From Sphingomicrobium sp. (GTDB lineage: Bacteria > Pseudomonadota > Alphaproteobacteria > Sphingomonadales > Sphingomonadaceae): a stretch of DNA of 36,928 nt. The notes below the pieces were generated by a model. That model had not been told where the DNA came from. It saw only the letters and a list, made by a program, of their open reading frames with translations, and searched no databases. The position numbers were made by a program, and so were the translations under genes. Below, in pieces: positions 17,835 through 27,168 of the stretch (within the stretch, counting starts at the first letter, position 1; the number at the start of each line of letters is the position of its first letter). The stretch lies in assembly GCA_040005255.1 (NCBI GenBank), contig JBDTZJ010000001.1:1-36928 (forward strand). Reading direction: 5' to 3'.

Positions 17835-18698
17835 CTACTTGCGGCGATGAGATGAGCGGCGGTGCTTCTTGGATCGCGGCTTCGCCACGGTTTTGTACCG
17901 TGTGACGTACTTCGTGACGACGTTTTTAGTAGTCGTTGCGGCACTGGTCGACTGCACAGCTTGGGAAACGCTGTTCGAGGCAGGTGCGCCATACGCGGTT
18001 GAGCGGGAGATCCACCGGCCTTGCGTATCATAGTACCCCCAAGTGCTCCCGGCGTGCCAACGCCCGTACGCGTCGTAATAGCCTGGCTCTGGATCCGGCA
18101 CCCAGCGGCCGCTGCTGTCCTGGTGCCAAGCGGGTGCGCCCGAGATCCACCTACCGCTTTGGTCATAGTGCCCGACAGCGGGGCCGGGCACCCAGTGACC
18201 ATTGACGTCATAATAGCCGCTCGCTTCAGGGGGCGCGGGCTCGCCGTTGGCCTCGTAATAGCCGTCTGTAGCAACTGGAATCCAGTGACCGTGGGCGTCG
18301 TAGTAGCCACTCCTCGAAGGATCCGTCCCCGTCGGGACCCACTGGCCATTGGCGTCATAATAGCCATTGGGCAGGCCGGTCACCCAGTTGCCGTTGCGGT
18401 CGTAATAGCCAGTCGCAGGAGCGCGGTTGGCTACTCCGACGTGCCAAACCCCGCTCTGATCATAATAGCCATACGCGTCGGGGCGCCTTTGATCGTATGG
18501 AACGCAACTCACTGTTGCACTGGCCCCGGTCACGGCATCACTGATCGCTCCAATAATTGCGCCGGCAGTGCCGCCCACGGCATTACCAATTGTTGAGCCA
18601 GTGTTGGGGGACGTCGGTGCGCAAATCGGCTGAGCCGACGCTGCAGCCGGCATCACCGTCGCGGCGAACAGACCGCCAAACAGGACGGACTTGAGCAT
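17835..18698 (-). CDS. Secreted glycine-zipper protein with about 10 GYYDxxGxW repeats and basic tail
   Basis: GGAGG RBS before ATG 18698; signal peptide; visible repeats. Confidence 0.85.
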   Translation of the reverse strand: MLKSVLFGGLFAATVMPAAASAQPICAPTSPNTGSTIGNAVGGTAGAIIGAISDAVTGASATVSCVPYDQRRPDAYGYYDQSGVWHVGVANRAPATGYYDRNGNWVTGLPNGYYDANGQWVPTGTDPSRSGYYDAHGHWIPVATDGYYEANGEPAPPEASGYYDVNGHWVPGPAVGHYDQSGRWISGAPAWHQDSSGRWVPDPEPGYYDAYGRWHAGSTWGYYDTQGRWISRSTAYGAPASNSVSQAVQSTSAATTTKNVVTKYVTRYKTVAKPRSKKHRRSSHRRK

Positions 18699-18725
18699 GG
18701 AAGCCTCCAATAGAATTCCCCCGGA

Positions 18726-18751
18726 AACGTTCAGAAGGTGATTGCCGTTCC
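18726..18751 (-). promoter_or_regulatory. EcfG/sigmaT general-stress promoter motif
   Basis: Minus strand GGAAC-N17-CGTT, 27 bp upstream of ATG 18698. Confidence 0.65.
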
Positions 18752-18888
18752 AAAACAAGGACTAAGTATCGTCCGGTGGCCAGCTCATCAGGCCAGATGC
18801 CGTCATCACCAAGGTAGATGTTCCGATCCTCCTGACCGACGTCGTCCGCGGAGCCATTATCGGTTGGGCCCCGCTCAGTTCGTACTCT

Positions 18889-18916
18889 AGGTCCGCTTTC
18901 CACCCATTGCGGACAT
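18889..18916 (+). repeat. 28-bp 11-6-11 site
   Basis: AGGTCCGCTTT-CCACCC-ATTGCGGACAT. Confidence 0.92.
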
Positions 18917-18926
18917 CGCAGCGCAT

Positions 18927-19166
18927 TCAACGTGACACTCTGATGGCTGGCGCTTCCACCGCGTTGAACTGGAGCGTGAACAGCGTAAGACCTTTGTCGT
19001 CGGCAACCGTCATCATGAAATCGCCTGTGTTCCAGAACTCGCTAGCTCGGTCACAGAGCAGGCGGCCCGCGTAGCGGACGGCTTCGCATTTCGCGGACGC
19101 GAGGTTGGGGAGGTCTATCCCTAACTCCTCCGGCGGTCCGTCCACTTGGAAGTAGAAGCGAGGCAT
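18927..19166 (-). CDS. DUF6894-like small protein
   Basis: MPRFYF...GIDLPNLASAKCEA...VADDKGLTLF. Confidence 0.75.
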   Translation of the reverse strand: MPRFYFQVDGPPEELGIDLPNLASAKCEAVRYAGRLLCDRASEFWNTGDFMMTVADDKGLTLFTLQFNAVEAPAIRVSR

Positions 19167-19265
19167 TGTCGGGTAACCGACATACACGACAGAAGTGCCA
19201 ATAGTGATACGATTGGGAGCGAGTGGGTGAAAAAAGACACAATCTCAAGCTGTGACGGCTGTTCG

Positions 19266-19293
19266 ACGTCAGCGTTCCACCCGTCCATGACAC
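19266..19293 (+). repeat. 28-bp 11-6-11 site with diverged arms
   Basis: ACGTCAGCGTT-CCACCC-GTCCATGACAC. Confidence 0.7.
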
Positions 19294-19307
19294 TAGCGAG
19301 TTAGGTT

Positions 19308-19335
19308 AGGTCTGCTTTCGACCCAAACCCGACAT
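19308..19335 (+). repeat. 28-bp 11-6-11 site
   Basis: AGGTCTGCTTT-CGACCC-AAACCCGACAT. Confidence 0.8.
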
Positions 19336-19677
19336 AAGATCGCACCCCTTAGACTGTGCCGCCATGGCTGGACCTACCAGCTGCTTGGATCCACTCTCCC
19401 GGCGCGGTTCAGGAAACGCGAAATGCCGCAGATCAAGATGAGTCCCGCTTCCCCACGCATTCTAAAAATTCGTCCAGTGATTGCGTTTCCGCCCGACGAA
19501 CCGCTTGTTCGGGGGCATGGTGACATCGATTACATTATGTCCGAATTAGAATGGCCCTGCCCCGCTTCCTGAGCGTTGAGATACCTAAGTTGGGTGCGGT
19601 CTGCTTCGTAACTTCGCCCCTGCCGTGATGGCGCTCATTCCTCACGGCCGAATCCTCCGCGAAGCGGGAGATAAGTA

Positions 19678-20289
19678 ATGAACTCGGAACAGATGCTGCA
19701 ACAGACGGGCGCTGTCGAAGCGATCTCGCGCGAGCTCGGAGTAGACCCGGCAACGGCGCAGGCGGGAGCAGCGGCGTTAATGCCGTCCATCCTTTCCGGC
19801 TTCAAGAACCCAGCCTCATCGACGGAGTCGCAACCCGCGACTGGAGAGGGAGCAAGCGACAGTGCTTTTCCAGGGTTCGGCGGGCTCAACGGATTGCTCG
19901 GGACGATTGGCGGATTGGGCGGCAGTGGCCTGCTTGAAAACGTGACCTCGAACGAGCCGACCGAACTCAGCAAAGGCAATCAAATCCTGGGGCAGATCTT
20001 CGGTTCGAAGGATGGTAGCCGCGCTGTTGCGGCACAGGCGGCCGCGCAGTCGGGCGTCGAGCCTTCTCTCCTAAAGAAAATGCTGCCTATCCTCGCGATG
20101 GTTGCTGCCGGCTACGTCATGAAGCGCGCGGGCCAGGGCGGCGGCGGGCTTGGCGGGGGATTCGGAAGCGTGCTCGGGGGGCAACCTTCACCTGAGGGTT
20201 CGGCGCGTGCCCAGCGAGCGGAGCCGACGGGCTCGAACGACATTCTGGGCGAGCTGATTGGTGCGGCTGGCAAGTTCCTCGGCCGCTGA
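19678..20289 (+). CDS. DUF937-like glycine-rich protein
   Basis: GNQILGQIFGSKDGSRAVA, LLKKMLPILA. Confidence 0.8.
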   Translation: MNSEQMLQQTGAVEAISRELGVDPATAQAGAAALMPSILSGFKNPASSTESQPATGEGASDSAFPGFGGLNGLLGTIGGLGGSGLLENVTSNEPTELSKGNQILGQIFGSKDGSRAVAAQAAAQSGVEPSLLKKMLPILAMVAAGYVMKRAGQGGGGLGGGFGSVLGGQPSPEGSARAQRAEPTGSNDILGELIGAAGKFLGR

Positions 20290-20324
20290 CGCGGTCAAAG
20301 CAATTTCGATAAAGGAGACTAACA

Positions 20325-20726
20325 GTGAGCATTTTCGGAAAAATCAAAGACGCGATCTTCGGTCATAAGACCGCTTCAGCTCCCGCCGGTGGCGGGCAAA
20401 TCCCCGTAGGTGGACCATCCCCAGGCAATGCTGCGGCCCCGGCGCCGACGTTGGAGCCTGCTGTGGCTGTCGATGTCGAGCAGGTCCTGACGAGTATTGC
20501 CGCCTCGAAGGGCAATGCAGGCCTCAACTACAGAACTTCGATCGTCGATCTGATGAAGCTGCTTGGCATGGATTCGAGCCTCGAGAACCGCAAGGAATTG
20601 GCCACCGAGCTTGGCTACACCGGCGAAAAGGACGGCAGCGCCGAGATGAACATTTGGCTACACAGGGAAGTGATGCGTCAACTGGCCGCAAATGGCGGCA
20701 AGGTTCCTTCCAGCATGACCGACTAA
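20325..20726 (+). CDS. DUF3597-like protein
   Basis: AAGGAG RBS; SIVDLMKLLG.DSSLENRKELA.ELGY.G, MNIWLH. Confidence 0.85.
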   Translation: MSIFGKIKDAIFGHKTASAPAGGGQIPVGGPSPGNAAAPAPTLEPAVAVDVEQVLTSIAASKGNAGLNYRTSIVDLMKLLGMDSSLENRKELATELGYTGEKDGSAEMNIWLHREVMRQLAANGGKVPSSMTD

Positions 20727-20784
20727 CCTGAACGATTACAGGCGGGGCTGTGGCACGGAAGCCGCCGCCCCGCCCGGCGGGCCA

Positions 20785-20812
20785 ATGTCCGCTTTCCACC
20801 GAAATCGGACAC
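20785..20812 (+). repeat. 28-bp 11-6-11 site at the right edge of the accessory patch
   Basis: ATGTCCGCTTT-CCACCG-AAATCGGACAC, 5 bp from the parE stop. Confidence 0.88.
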
Positions 20813-20817
20813 TGGGC

Positions 20818-22797
20818 TCAAGCGTCGATCGCATCCTCATCCACCGCCGCCGCGCTGTTCTGGATGAACTCGAACCGCGGTGCGGGATCGCGGCCCATGA
20901 GCCGCTCGACGAGGTCCTTGATCGGCTGGCGGTCCTCATAGGCTGAGGGCAGCGTGACTTTGAGCATGGACCGGCTCGCCGGGTCCATGGTGGTTTCCTT
21001 GAGCTGGTTGGGGTTCATCTCGCCGAGGCCCTTGAAGCGGCTGACCTCGACCTTCTTGCCCTTGAACTCGGTGGCTTCGAGCTCGGCGCGGTGGGCGTCG
21101 TCGCGGGCGTAGAGCGTCTTGGCTCCGCTGGTGAGGCGATAGAGCGGCGGCTGGGCGATGAAGAGGTGGCCGCGGCGCACGAGCTCGGGCATTTCCTGGA
21201 AGAAGAAGGTCATCAGCAGGGTCGCGATGTGGGCGCCGTCAACGTCGGCGTCGGTCATGATGACGATGCGCTCGTAGCGCAGCGCCGCCTCGTTCCAATT
21301 GTCGCGGGTGCCGCAGCCCAGGGCGAGCTGAAGGTCGGCGATCTCGCTGTTGGCGCGGATCTTTTCGGCCGTCGCGCTGGCGACGTTGAGGATCTTGCCG
21401 CGCAGCGGGAGGATCGCCTGCGTCTTGCGGTCGCGCGCCTGCTTGGCCGAGCCGCCGGCGCTGTCGCCCTCGACGATGAACAATTCGGTGCCTTCGGGAT
21501 CGTCGGAGGAGCAGTCGGTGAGCTTGCCGGGGAGGCGGAGCTTGCGCGCCGAGGTCGCGGTCTTGCGCTGGACTTCGCGCTCGGCGCGGCGGCGCAGGCG
21601 CTCGTCCATCCGCTCGAGGATCGAGCCCAAGAGCGCGCGGCCGCGGTCCATATTGTCGGCGAGATAATGGTCGAAATGGTCGCGGACGGCGGCCTCGACG
21701 AAGCGCGCCGCCTCGAGGCTGGTGAGGCGGTCCTTGGTCTGGCTCTGGAAATGCGGATTGCGAATGAAGATGCTGAGCATCAGCTCGACGCCGTTGAAGA
21801 CGTCGTCGGCGGTGATGTCCTTCGCCTTTTTGTTGCCGACCAGATCGCCGAAGCCGCGGATGCCCTTGGTCAAAGCGGCGCGCAGGCCCGCTTCGTGGGT
21901 GCCGCCGTCGGGCGTCGGGATGGTGTTGCAATAATAGCTTTCTTTGGCGTCCGAAAAGAGCGGCCAGGCCACCGCCCATTCGGCGGACCCTTGATCGTTG
22001 GGGAAGTCCTGGCGCCCGGTGAAAGGCTGGTTGGTGACTGCGGGGCGTTCGCCCAATTGCTCGGCGAGATGGTCGGCAAGGCCGCCGGGGAATTGGAACA
22101 CGGCCTGTTCCGGGACTTCGGGCGAAGTGAGCGAGGGGTCGCAGCGCCAGCGGATCTCGACGCCGGCGAAGAGGTAGGCCTTGGAGCGGGCGAGCTGGTA
22201 GATGCGCAGCGGATCGAACGCCGCGTCGGCACCGAAGATCTCCGGGTCGGGCGTGAAGCTGGTGGTGGTGCCGCGACGGTTCGGCGTGGGCCCGACGGTT
22301 TCGAGCGGCGAGGTGGCGACGCCGCGCGAGAAGGTCTGGCGGTAGAGCGTGCGGTCGCGCGCGACCTCGACGATGGTGTCGATCGACAGCGCGTTGACGA
22401 CGCTGACGCCGACGCCGTGGAGGCCGCCCGAGGTCGAGTAAGCCTTGCCGTCGAACTTCCCGCCCGAGTGGAGCGTGGTCATGATAACTTCGAGCGCCGA
22501 CTTGCCGGGGAAGCGTGGGTGCGCGTCGACGGGGATGCCGCGGCCGTTGTCGCTGACGGTCAGGCGGTTGCCGGGGTCGAGCGTGACCTCGATGCGCGTG
22601 GCGAAGCCGGCGACGGCCTCGTCCATGCTGTTGTCGATGACTTCGGCGGCGAGGTGGTGGAGCGCGCGCTCGTCGGTTCCGCCGATGTACATGCCGGGGC
22701 GGCGGCGGACGGGCTCTAAACCCTCGAGAACCTCGATCGCAGATGCGTCATAGCTGTCGGGGGTGGAGGACGCGGAAGACGAGAACAGATCGGCCAT
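20818..22797 (-). CDS. parE: DNA topoisomerase IV subunit B
   Basis: LEGLEPVRRRPGMYIG, DNSMDE, GGLHGVG, VEGDSAGGSAKQAR, DADVDG, RFKGLGEM; 659 aa without the GyrB insert. Confidence 0.93.
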   Translation of the reverse strand: MADLFSSSASSTPDSYDASAIEVLEGLEPVRRRPGMYIGGTDERALHHLAAEVIDNSMDEAVAGFATRIEVTLDPGNRLTVSDNGRGIPVDAHPRFPGKSALEVIMTTLHSGGKFDGKAYSTSGGLHGVGVSVVNALSIDTIVEVARDRTLYRQTFSRGVATSPLETVGPTPNRRGTTTSFTPDPEIFGADAAFDPLRIYQLARSKAYLFAGVEIRWRCDPSLTSPEVPEQAVFQFPGGLADHLAEQLGERPAVTNQPFTGRQDFPNDQGSAEWAVAWPLFSDAKESYYCNTIPTPDGGTHEAGLRAALTKGIRGFGDLVGNKKAKDITADDVFNGVELMLSIFIRNPHFQSQTKDRLTSLEAARFVEAAVRDHFDHYLADNMDRGRALLGSILERMDERLRRRAEREVQRKTATSARKLRLPGKLTDCSSDDPEGTELFIVEGDSAGGSAKQARDRKTQAILPLRGKILNVASATAEKIRANSEIADLQLALGCGTRDNWNEAALRYERIVIMTDADVDGAHIATLLMTFFFQEMPELVRRGHLFIAQPPLYRLTSGAKTLYARDDAHRAELEATEFKGKKVEVSRFKGLGEMNPNQLKETTMDPASRSMLKVTLPSAYEDRQPIKDLVERLMGRDPAPRFEFIQNSAAAVDEDAIDA

Positions 22798-22894
22798 CAG
22801 TGTCGGGTATAAGGACACGTCGCGAACCGTGCCAACGAGCGGTCTTGGCTTTAGCAGCGTTTTCCACAGCTTTGAGGTGGTGTATGGTCGACCG

Positions 22895-23077
22895 ATGACG
22901 ACCGAGCGCGGCCCCGACCACGATTTCGAAAGGCAAATGGCCATAGCTCGCCACGTCATGAAAAAGGATTGGGTCGCCCTGCGAGCATTGGCTTTGGGAG
23001 ATCAGCATCCCGGCGTCGACATCGAGGCGCTCTTGGAGATGGCGCGGAAGCAACGGAGTGGGCAGGCGGACACTTAG
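22895..23077 (+). CDS. 60-aa hypothetical protein resembling an antitoxin C-terminus
   Basis: FERQMAIARHVMKKDWVALRALA. Confidence 0.5.
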   Translation: MTTERGPDHDFERQMAIARHVMKKDWVALRALALGDQHPGVDIEALLEMARKQRSGQADT

Positions 23078-23241
23078 GTTGTCCACCGTGGTTCGGCACG
23101 TTTTCCACGAGCGAACCCGCGAAGGCGATCAAGGAGCCCCGGGGAGCCATGCTCTCCAGGGCTTTTGTCACCACAAGCGGGCTGCATCCATGTCGAGCCT
23201 GGCAAGGGTCGCGGGGATGCTCTCGGCGAACTCGCCGAAGC

Positions 23242-23892
23242 TTAGCGGACCCGCGGGCCGCCGAATGGCAGTGGCGGCGGCGGCCGGCGGTCGCGGCGCG
23301 GGAGCTGCGCCTGATAGGCGACGCCGCAGTGGGCGACGCAATAGGGAAAGCCGGGGTTGGCCGCTTCGCCGCAGAAGTGGAAATCGGGCTCGCCGGGATG
23401 GCCCATCGGCCACTTGCAGATGCGGTCGTTCAAATCGAGCAGGCCGGTCTTGTCGGCGACCTCGGGACTGGGCTTGGCCGGAACGAGGCGCCGCGGCGGG
23501 GCCGGCGGAATCGGCGGCTGCTGATCGCCCGGACCCTGGCGAATGAAACCGCCGGGGCCGATCGACCGGTACTGGATTTCGGGCCGCTGTTGCTGGGGAG
23601 CGGGATGGGTAGCGTGTGGGGCCGCTGCAGCGGTTCCGGCGGGCGCCTCCCTGTGCGTATCCGCCCTGGGCGCAGCGGCTTTGGGCGCAGCGGCCGCCGG
23701 AGCCGCCTTCTTGACGTCCTTTTCCTCGCCCGGCTTGACCGGGGAGGGGCGTTGCTCGAGCCCCAGGCGGTGGGCCTTGCCAATCACCGCGTTGCGGCTG
23801 ACTCCGCCGAGCTCCTCGGCGATCTGGCTGGCGGTGGCGCCGTCGTGCCACATCTTCTTCAGGCGGTCGATCCGCTCTTCGGTCCAGGACAT
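23242..23892 (-). CDS. gcrA: Cell cycle regulator GcrA
   Basis: MSWTEERI, SRNAVIGKAHRLGL, CKWPMG.P, FHFCG, PYC..H. Confidence 0.95.
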   Translation of the reverse strand: MSWTEERIDRLKKMWHDGATASQIAEELGGVSRNAVIGKAHRLGLEQRPSPVKPGEEKDVKKAAPAAAAPKAAAPRADTHREAPAGTAAAAPHATHPAPQQQRPEIQYRSIGPGGFIRQGPGDQQPPIPPAPPRRLVPAKPSPEVADKTGLLDLNDRICKWPMGHPGEPDFHFCGEAANPGFPYCVAHCGVAYQAQLPRRDRRPPPPLPFGGPRVR

Positions 23893-23947
23893 ATAATCTT
23901 CGCTCCAAACTTGCCCGGCCGGTCCCCAGCCGATAGGCGCCTCATCC

Positions 23948-24781
23948 GTGAACGACCAAGCGAGCAATTGGGTGCGCTTCGCACCCGGCAAGCCGGTGCT
24001 CAAGGGCGTCAATTGGGGAGGCCTCAGGACTCTCTATATCAAGGAGGTGCGGCGGTTCTTCAAGGTCCAGACGCAGACTGTCTGGGCACCGGCGATCACG
24101 ACCCTGCTGTACCTTGCGATTTTCACCGTCGCGCTGGGCCGCGGCGGCAAGACGGTGATGGGCGTGCCCCTCGCCAATTTCCTCGCGCCGGGGCTGATCG
24201 TCATGGCGATGATCCAGAACGCCTTCGCCAACGCGAGCTTCTCGCTGCTGGTCGGCAAGATCCAGGGCAATATCGTCGATTATCTGATGCCGCCCTTGTC
24301 GACCGGCGAGCTGATTACGGGACTGATCGGGGCGTCGGTAACCCGCGCCTTCCTGGTCGGCGGCGCGGTGTGGCTGGTGATGCTGCTGTGGCCGGGCGTG
24401 TCGGTCGACGTGCGCCGTCCCGACCTCGTCTTATGGTTCGGGCTGATGGGCGCGCTGATGCTGAGCTTCCTCGGGCTCCTGACGTCGATCTGGGCCGAGA
24501 AGTTCGACCATGCCGCGGCAGTCAGCAATTTCGTCGTGACTCCGCTGTCGCTGCTCAGCGGCACCTTTTATTCGGTCCACCAGCTATCCCCGGCCTTCCA
24601 GAAGGTGAGCCACGCCAATCCCTTCTTCTACGTGATCTCGGGGTTTCGCACCGGGTTCCTCGGGCCGGAGACGAGCGACTCGCCCCTGTGGGTCGGCGCG
24701 GTCGGGCTGCTGCTGCTCAACATCGCACTGTGGGCGGCGTGCTATGCGCTGCTCAAGAGCGGCTGGAAGATCAAGAATTAG
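23948..24781 (+). CDS. ABC-2 type permease (YadH-like)
   Basis: KEVRRF, FLAPGLI, LSGTFYS, NPFFYVISGFR. Confidence 0.9.
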   Translation: MNDQASNWVRFAPGKPVLKGVNWGGLRTLYIKEVRRFFKVQTQTVWAPAITTLLYLAIFTVALGRGGKTVMGVPLANFLAPGLIVMAMIQNAFANASFSLLVGKIQGNIVDYLMPPLSTGELITGLIGASVTRAFLVGGAVWLVMLLWPGVSVDVRRPDLVLWFGLMGALMLSFLGLLTSIWAEKFDHAAAVSNFVVTPLSLLSGTFYSVHQLSPAFQKVSHANPFFYVISGFRTGFLGPETSDSPLWVGAVGLLLLNIALWAACYALLKSGWKIKN

Positions 24782-24898
24782 AAAAAACAGTCGCTTAGCG
24801 AATTAAGATAGTTGAACAATCGATAACGCGACCGTTCAGGCCCGTAACAACCGCAACGGCGCACAAGACACGCATCAACCGCTCAACCAAGGAGAGCC

Positions 24899-25426
24899 GT
24901 GATGCGTAAGATCGTTCTTTCCATTGCCACGGCAGGCGCGGCGCTCATCGCCGCCAGTCCCGCCGCAGCCCAGTACTACCCGCAGCCGCAGTCCTACGGC
25001 TATGGCGGGCAGCCCTACGGTTATGGCCAGCAATATGGCTACGGGTTCCAGAACAACTACGGCCAGGTCCGGGCGTTGCAGGCGCGGCTGAACAACGTCG
25101 AGCGGCAGATCAACCGCCTCGACCGCCGCGACCGCATTGGCGACCGCAGCGCGGACCGGCTGCGCTACGAGGCGAACCGGCTCGAGCAGCGGCTCCGCTA
25201 TTCGGCCCGGGGTGGGCTGAACCCCTACGAGATGCGTGACATCGAGGTGCGGATCGCGCAGCTCGAACAACGCGTTCAATATTCGCTCGCCAATGGCTAC
25301 GGCCGTTACGGCTATGGCAACGGCTACAATGGTTACGCTTATGCCGACCGGGACGGTGACGGCCGTGACGACGCGATCGAGCATCAGCGCTGGCACCAAA
25401 ATCACGACGGCGACCGCGACGATTAA
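24899..25426 (+). CDS. Secreted Tyr/Gly/Arg-rich coiled-coil protein
   Basis: AAGGAG RBS; signal peptide; DRDGDGRDD near the C-terminus. Confidence 0.85.
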   Translation: MMRKIVLSIATAGAALIAASPAAAQYYPQPQSYGYGGQPYGYGQQYGYGFQNNYGQVRALQARLNNVERQINRLDRRDRIGDRSADRLRYEANRLEQRLRYSARGGLNPYEMRDIEVRIAQLEQRVQYSLANGYGRYGYGNGYNGYAYADRDGDGRDDAIEHQRWHQNHDGDRDD

Positions 25427-25451
25427 ATTGTGGCGTTAGTGCGCGTAAAGG

Positions 25452-25481
25452 AAGGCGCTCCGGGAGACCGGGGCGCCTTTC
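25452..25481 (+). terminator. Intrinsic terminator
   Basis: AAGGCGCTCCGG-gaga-CCGGGGCGCCTTT. Confidence 0.65.
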
Positions 25482-25564
25482 GCGTTTCGGCTGGCTTTGC
25501 CCTCGCGCGGGCCGCTGGCTATAGGCGCGAAAACCGCATCATCGCTGCAAACAGGGAGCCCGCC

Positions 25565-26755
25565 TTGGCCACCACTCCGCTCATGCCCGTTTACCCGCGT
25601 TCGCCGGTCCGCCCGGTCCGCGGCGAGGGAGTCTATCTCTACGGAGAAGAGGGCGAGCGCTATCTCGATTTCGCCGCTGGCATCGCGGTCAACATCTTGG
25701 GTCACGGCCACCCGCACTTGACCAAAGCGATCCAGGAGCAGGCGGCGACGCTGATGCACGTGTCGAACCTGTACGGATCCCCGCAGGGGGAGGCGTTCGC
25801 CAAGCGGCTTTGCGATTTGACCTTCGCCGACACGGTCTTCTTCACCAATTCGGGCGTCGAAGCGGTCGAGTGCGCGATCAAGACGGCGCGCAAATATCAT
25901 CACGCCAAGGGCAACCCGCACAAGCACGACCTCATCACTTTCTCCAGCGCCTTTCACGGCCGCACGATGGCGGCGATCAGCGCCACCGACCAGGGGAAGA
26001 TGATCGACGGCTTCGCGCCGCTGCTGCCGGGCTTCAAAGTTGTCGAGTTCAACGACCTCGACGCGGCGCTGGCCGCGATCGACGAGAATACGGCCGGCTT
26101 CCTGCTCGAGCCGATCCAGGGCGAGGGCGGCATCCGCCCGGGCACCCACGAGTTCCTGTCGGGCCTGCGCGCCGCATGCGACGAGCATGACCTGATGCTG
26201 GTGTATGACGAGGTCCAGTGCGGGGTCGCGCGCAGCGGGCATCTCTACGCCTACCAGCATTACAATGTCGCCCCGGACATCATGGCGACCGCCAAGGGCA
26301 TCGGCGGCGGCTTCCCGATGGGCGCGTGCCTGGCGAGCGAGAATGCCGCGGCGGGGATGGTGATCGGCACCCACGGGTCGACCTTTGGCGGCAACCCGCT
26401 GGCGATGGCCGCGGGCCAGGCGGTGTTCGACATCGTCGCCAACGAGGAGTTCCTGAGCGAGGTGCGGCAGAAGGGTGAGCGGCTGCGCTCGGCGCTCGAG
26501 CAGATGATCCCCAACCACGACCATATTTTCGAGAGCGTGCGCGGCGTCGGGCTGATGCTCGGCATTCGCATGACGACCGACAGCCGGGCGTTCGTGAATT
26601 ACCTCCGCACCAAGGGGCTGCTGACGGTCGCGGCGGGCGACAATGTGATGCGCGTGCTTCCGCCGCTCGTCATCGAGGAAAGCCACATCCGCGAGTTCGT
26701 CGAGACTCTGTCGGCCGCGGCAGGCGAATATGAGGTGCCGGCCGAGGCGGCCTGA
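25565..26755 (+). CDS. argD: Acetylornithine aminotransferase
   Basis: TTG start after AGGGAG; FHGRT, EPIQGEGG, DEVQCG, AKGIGGG, HGSTFGGNP. Confidence 0.92.
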   Translation: MATTPLMPVYPRSPVRPVRGEGVYLYGEEGERYLDFAAGIAVNILGHGHPHLTKAIQEQAATLMHVSNLYGSPQGEAFAKRLCDLTFADTVFFTNSGVEAVECAIKTARKYHHAKGNPHKHDLITFSSAFHGRTMAAISATDQGKMIDGFAPLLPGFKVVEFNDLDAALAAIDENTAGFLLEPIQGEGGIRPGTHEFLSGLRAACDEHDLMLVYDEVQCGVARSGHLYAYQHYNVAPDIMATAKGIGGGFPMGACLASENAAAGMVIGTHGSTFGGNPLAMAAGQAVFDIVANEEFLSEVRQKGERLRSALEQMIPNHDHIFESVRGVGLMLGIRMTTDSRAFVNYLRTKGLLTVAAGDNVMRVLPPLVIEESHIREFVETLSAAAGEYEVPAEAA

Positions 26756-26790
26756 AGCGCATGCCCTTTGCTGGATCGTTCTGTAGCAGT

Positions 26791-26819
26791 CGTCATCCCG
26801 GCTCAAGGCCGGGATGACG
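26791..26819. repeat. REP-like hairpin
   Basis: CGTCATCCCGGC-tcaag-GCCGGGATGACG, perfect 12-bp stem. Confidence 0.7.
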
Positions 26820-26877
26820 GGTTGTTGTCGCCCCGCTCAACCAATCCTTCTGAGCGATGAGTGCTCGATCAACCCCT

Positions 26878-27168
26878 TCACATCTTGTGATGCATCATTC
26901 GATGGTGGTGACGCATCATCTTCCGGCATTGCTTGTTGCGCATCATTCTGGCGCGACTTAGCCGGTGGCATGACTTCATCGACATCATCATGGTCGAATG
27001 CGACATCCGATGAGTAGCCATGGTGTGGCTCTTCGGCATGGTTTTGTGCATCTCCGCCGCACTCGGACTCATATTGTTGCCCATCGCGCTGTTGGTCATT
27101 TGCGCGCCGAGTGGCGTGCTCATTGCGACCACAGCCGCCAGCGCAAGTGCGCCTTTCAAACCGATCAT
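26878..27168 (-). CDS. Secreted Met/His-rich small protein
   Basis: AGGAG RBS; signal peptide; Met/His-rich mature part with two Cys. Confidence 0.75.
   Translation of the reverse strand: MIGLKGALALAAVVAMSTPLGAQMTNSAMGNNMSPSAAEMHKTMPKSHTMATHRMSHSTMMMSMKSCHRLSRARMMRNKQCRKMMRHHHRMMHHKM

Noticed and set aside
4742-26806. Long ORF-track entries antisense to or overlapping real genes (4742-5605, 7409-8857, 21091-22719, 22969-24798, 25436-26806)
   Set aside because: Shadow ORFs of high-GC coding sequence with no recognisable motifs
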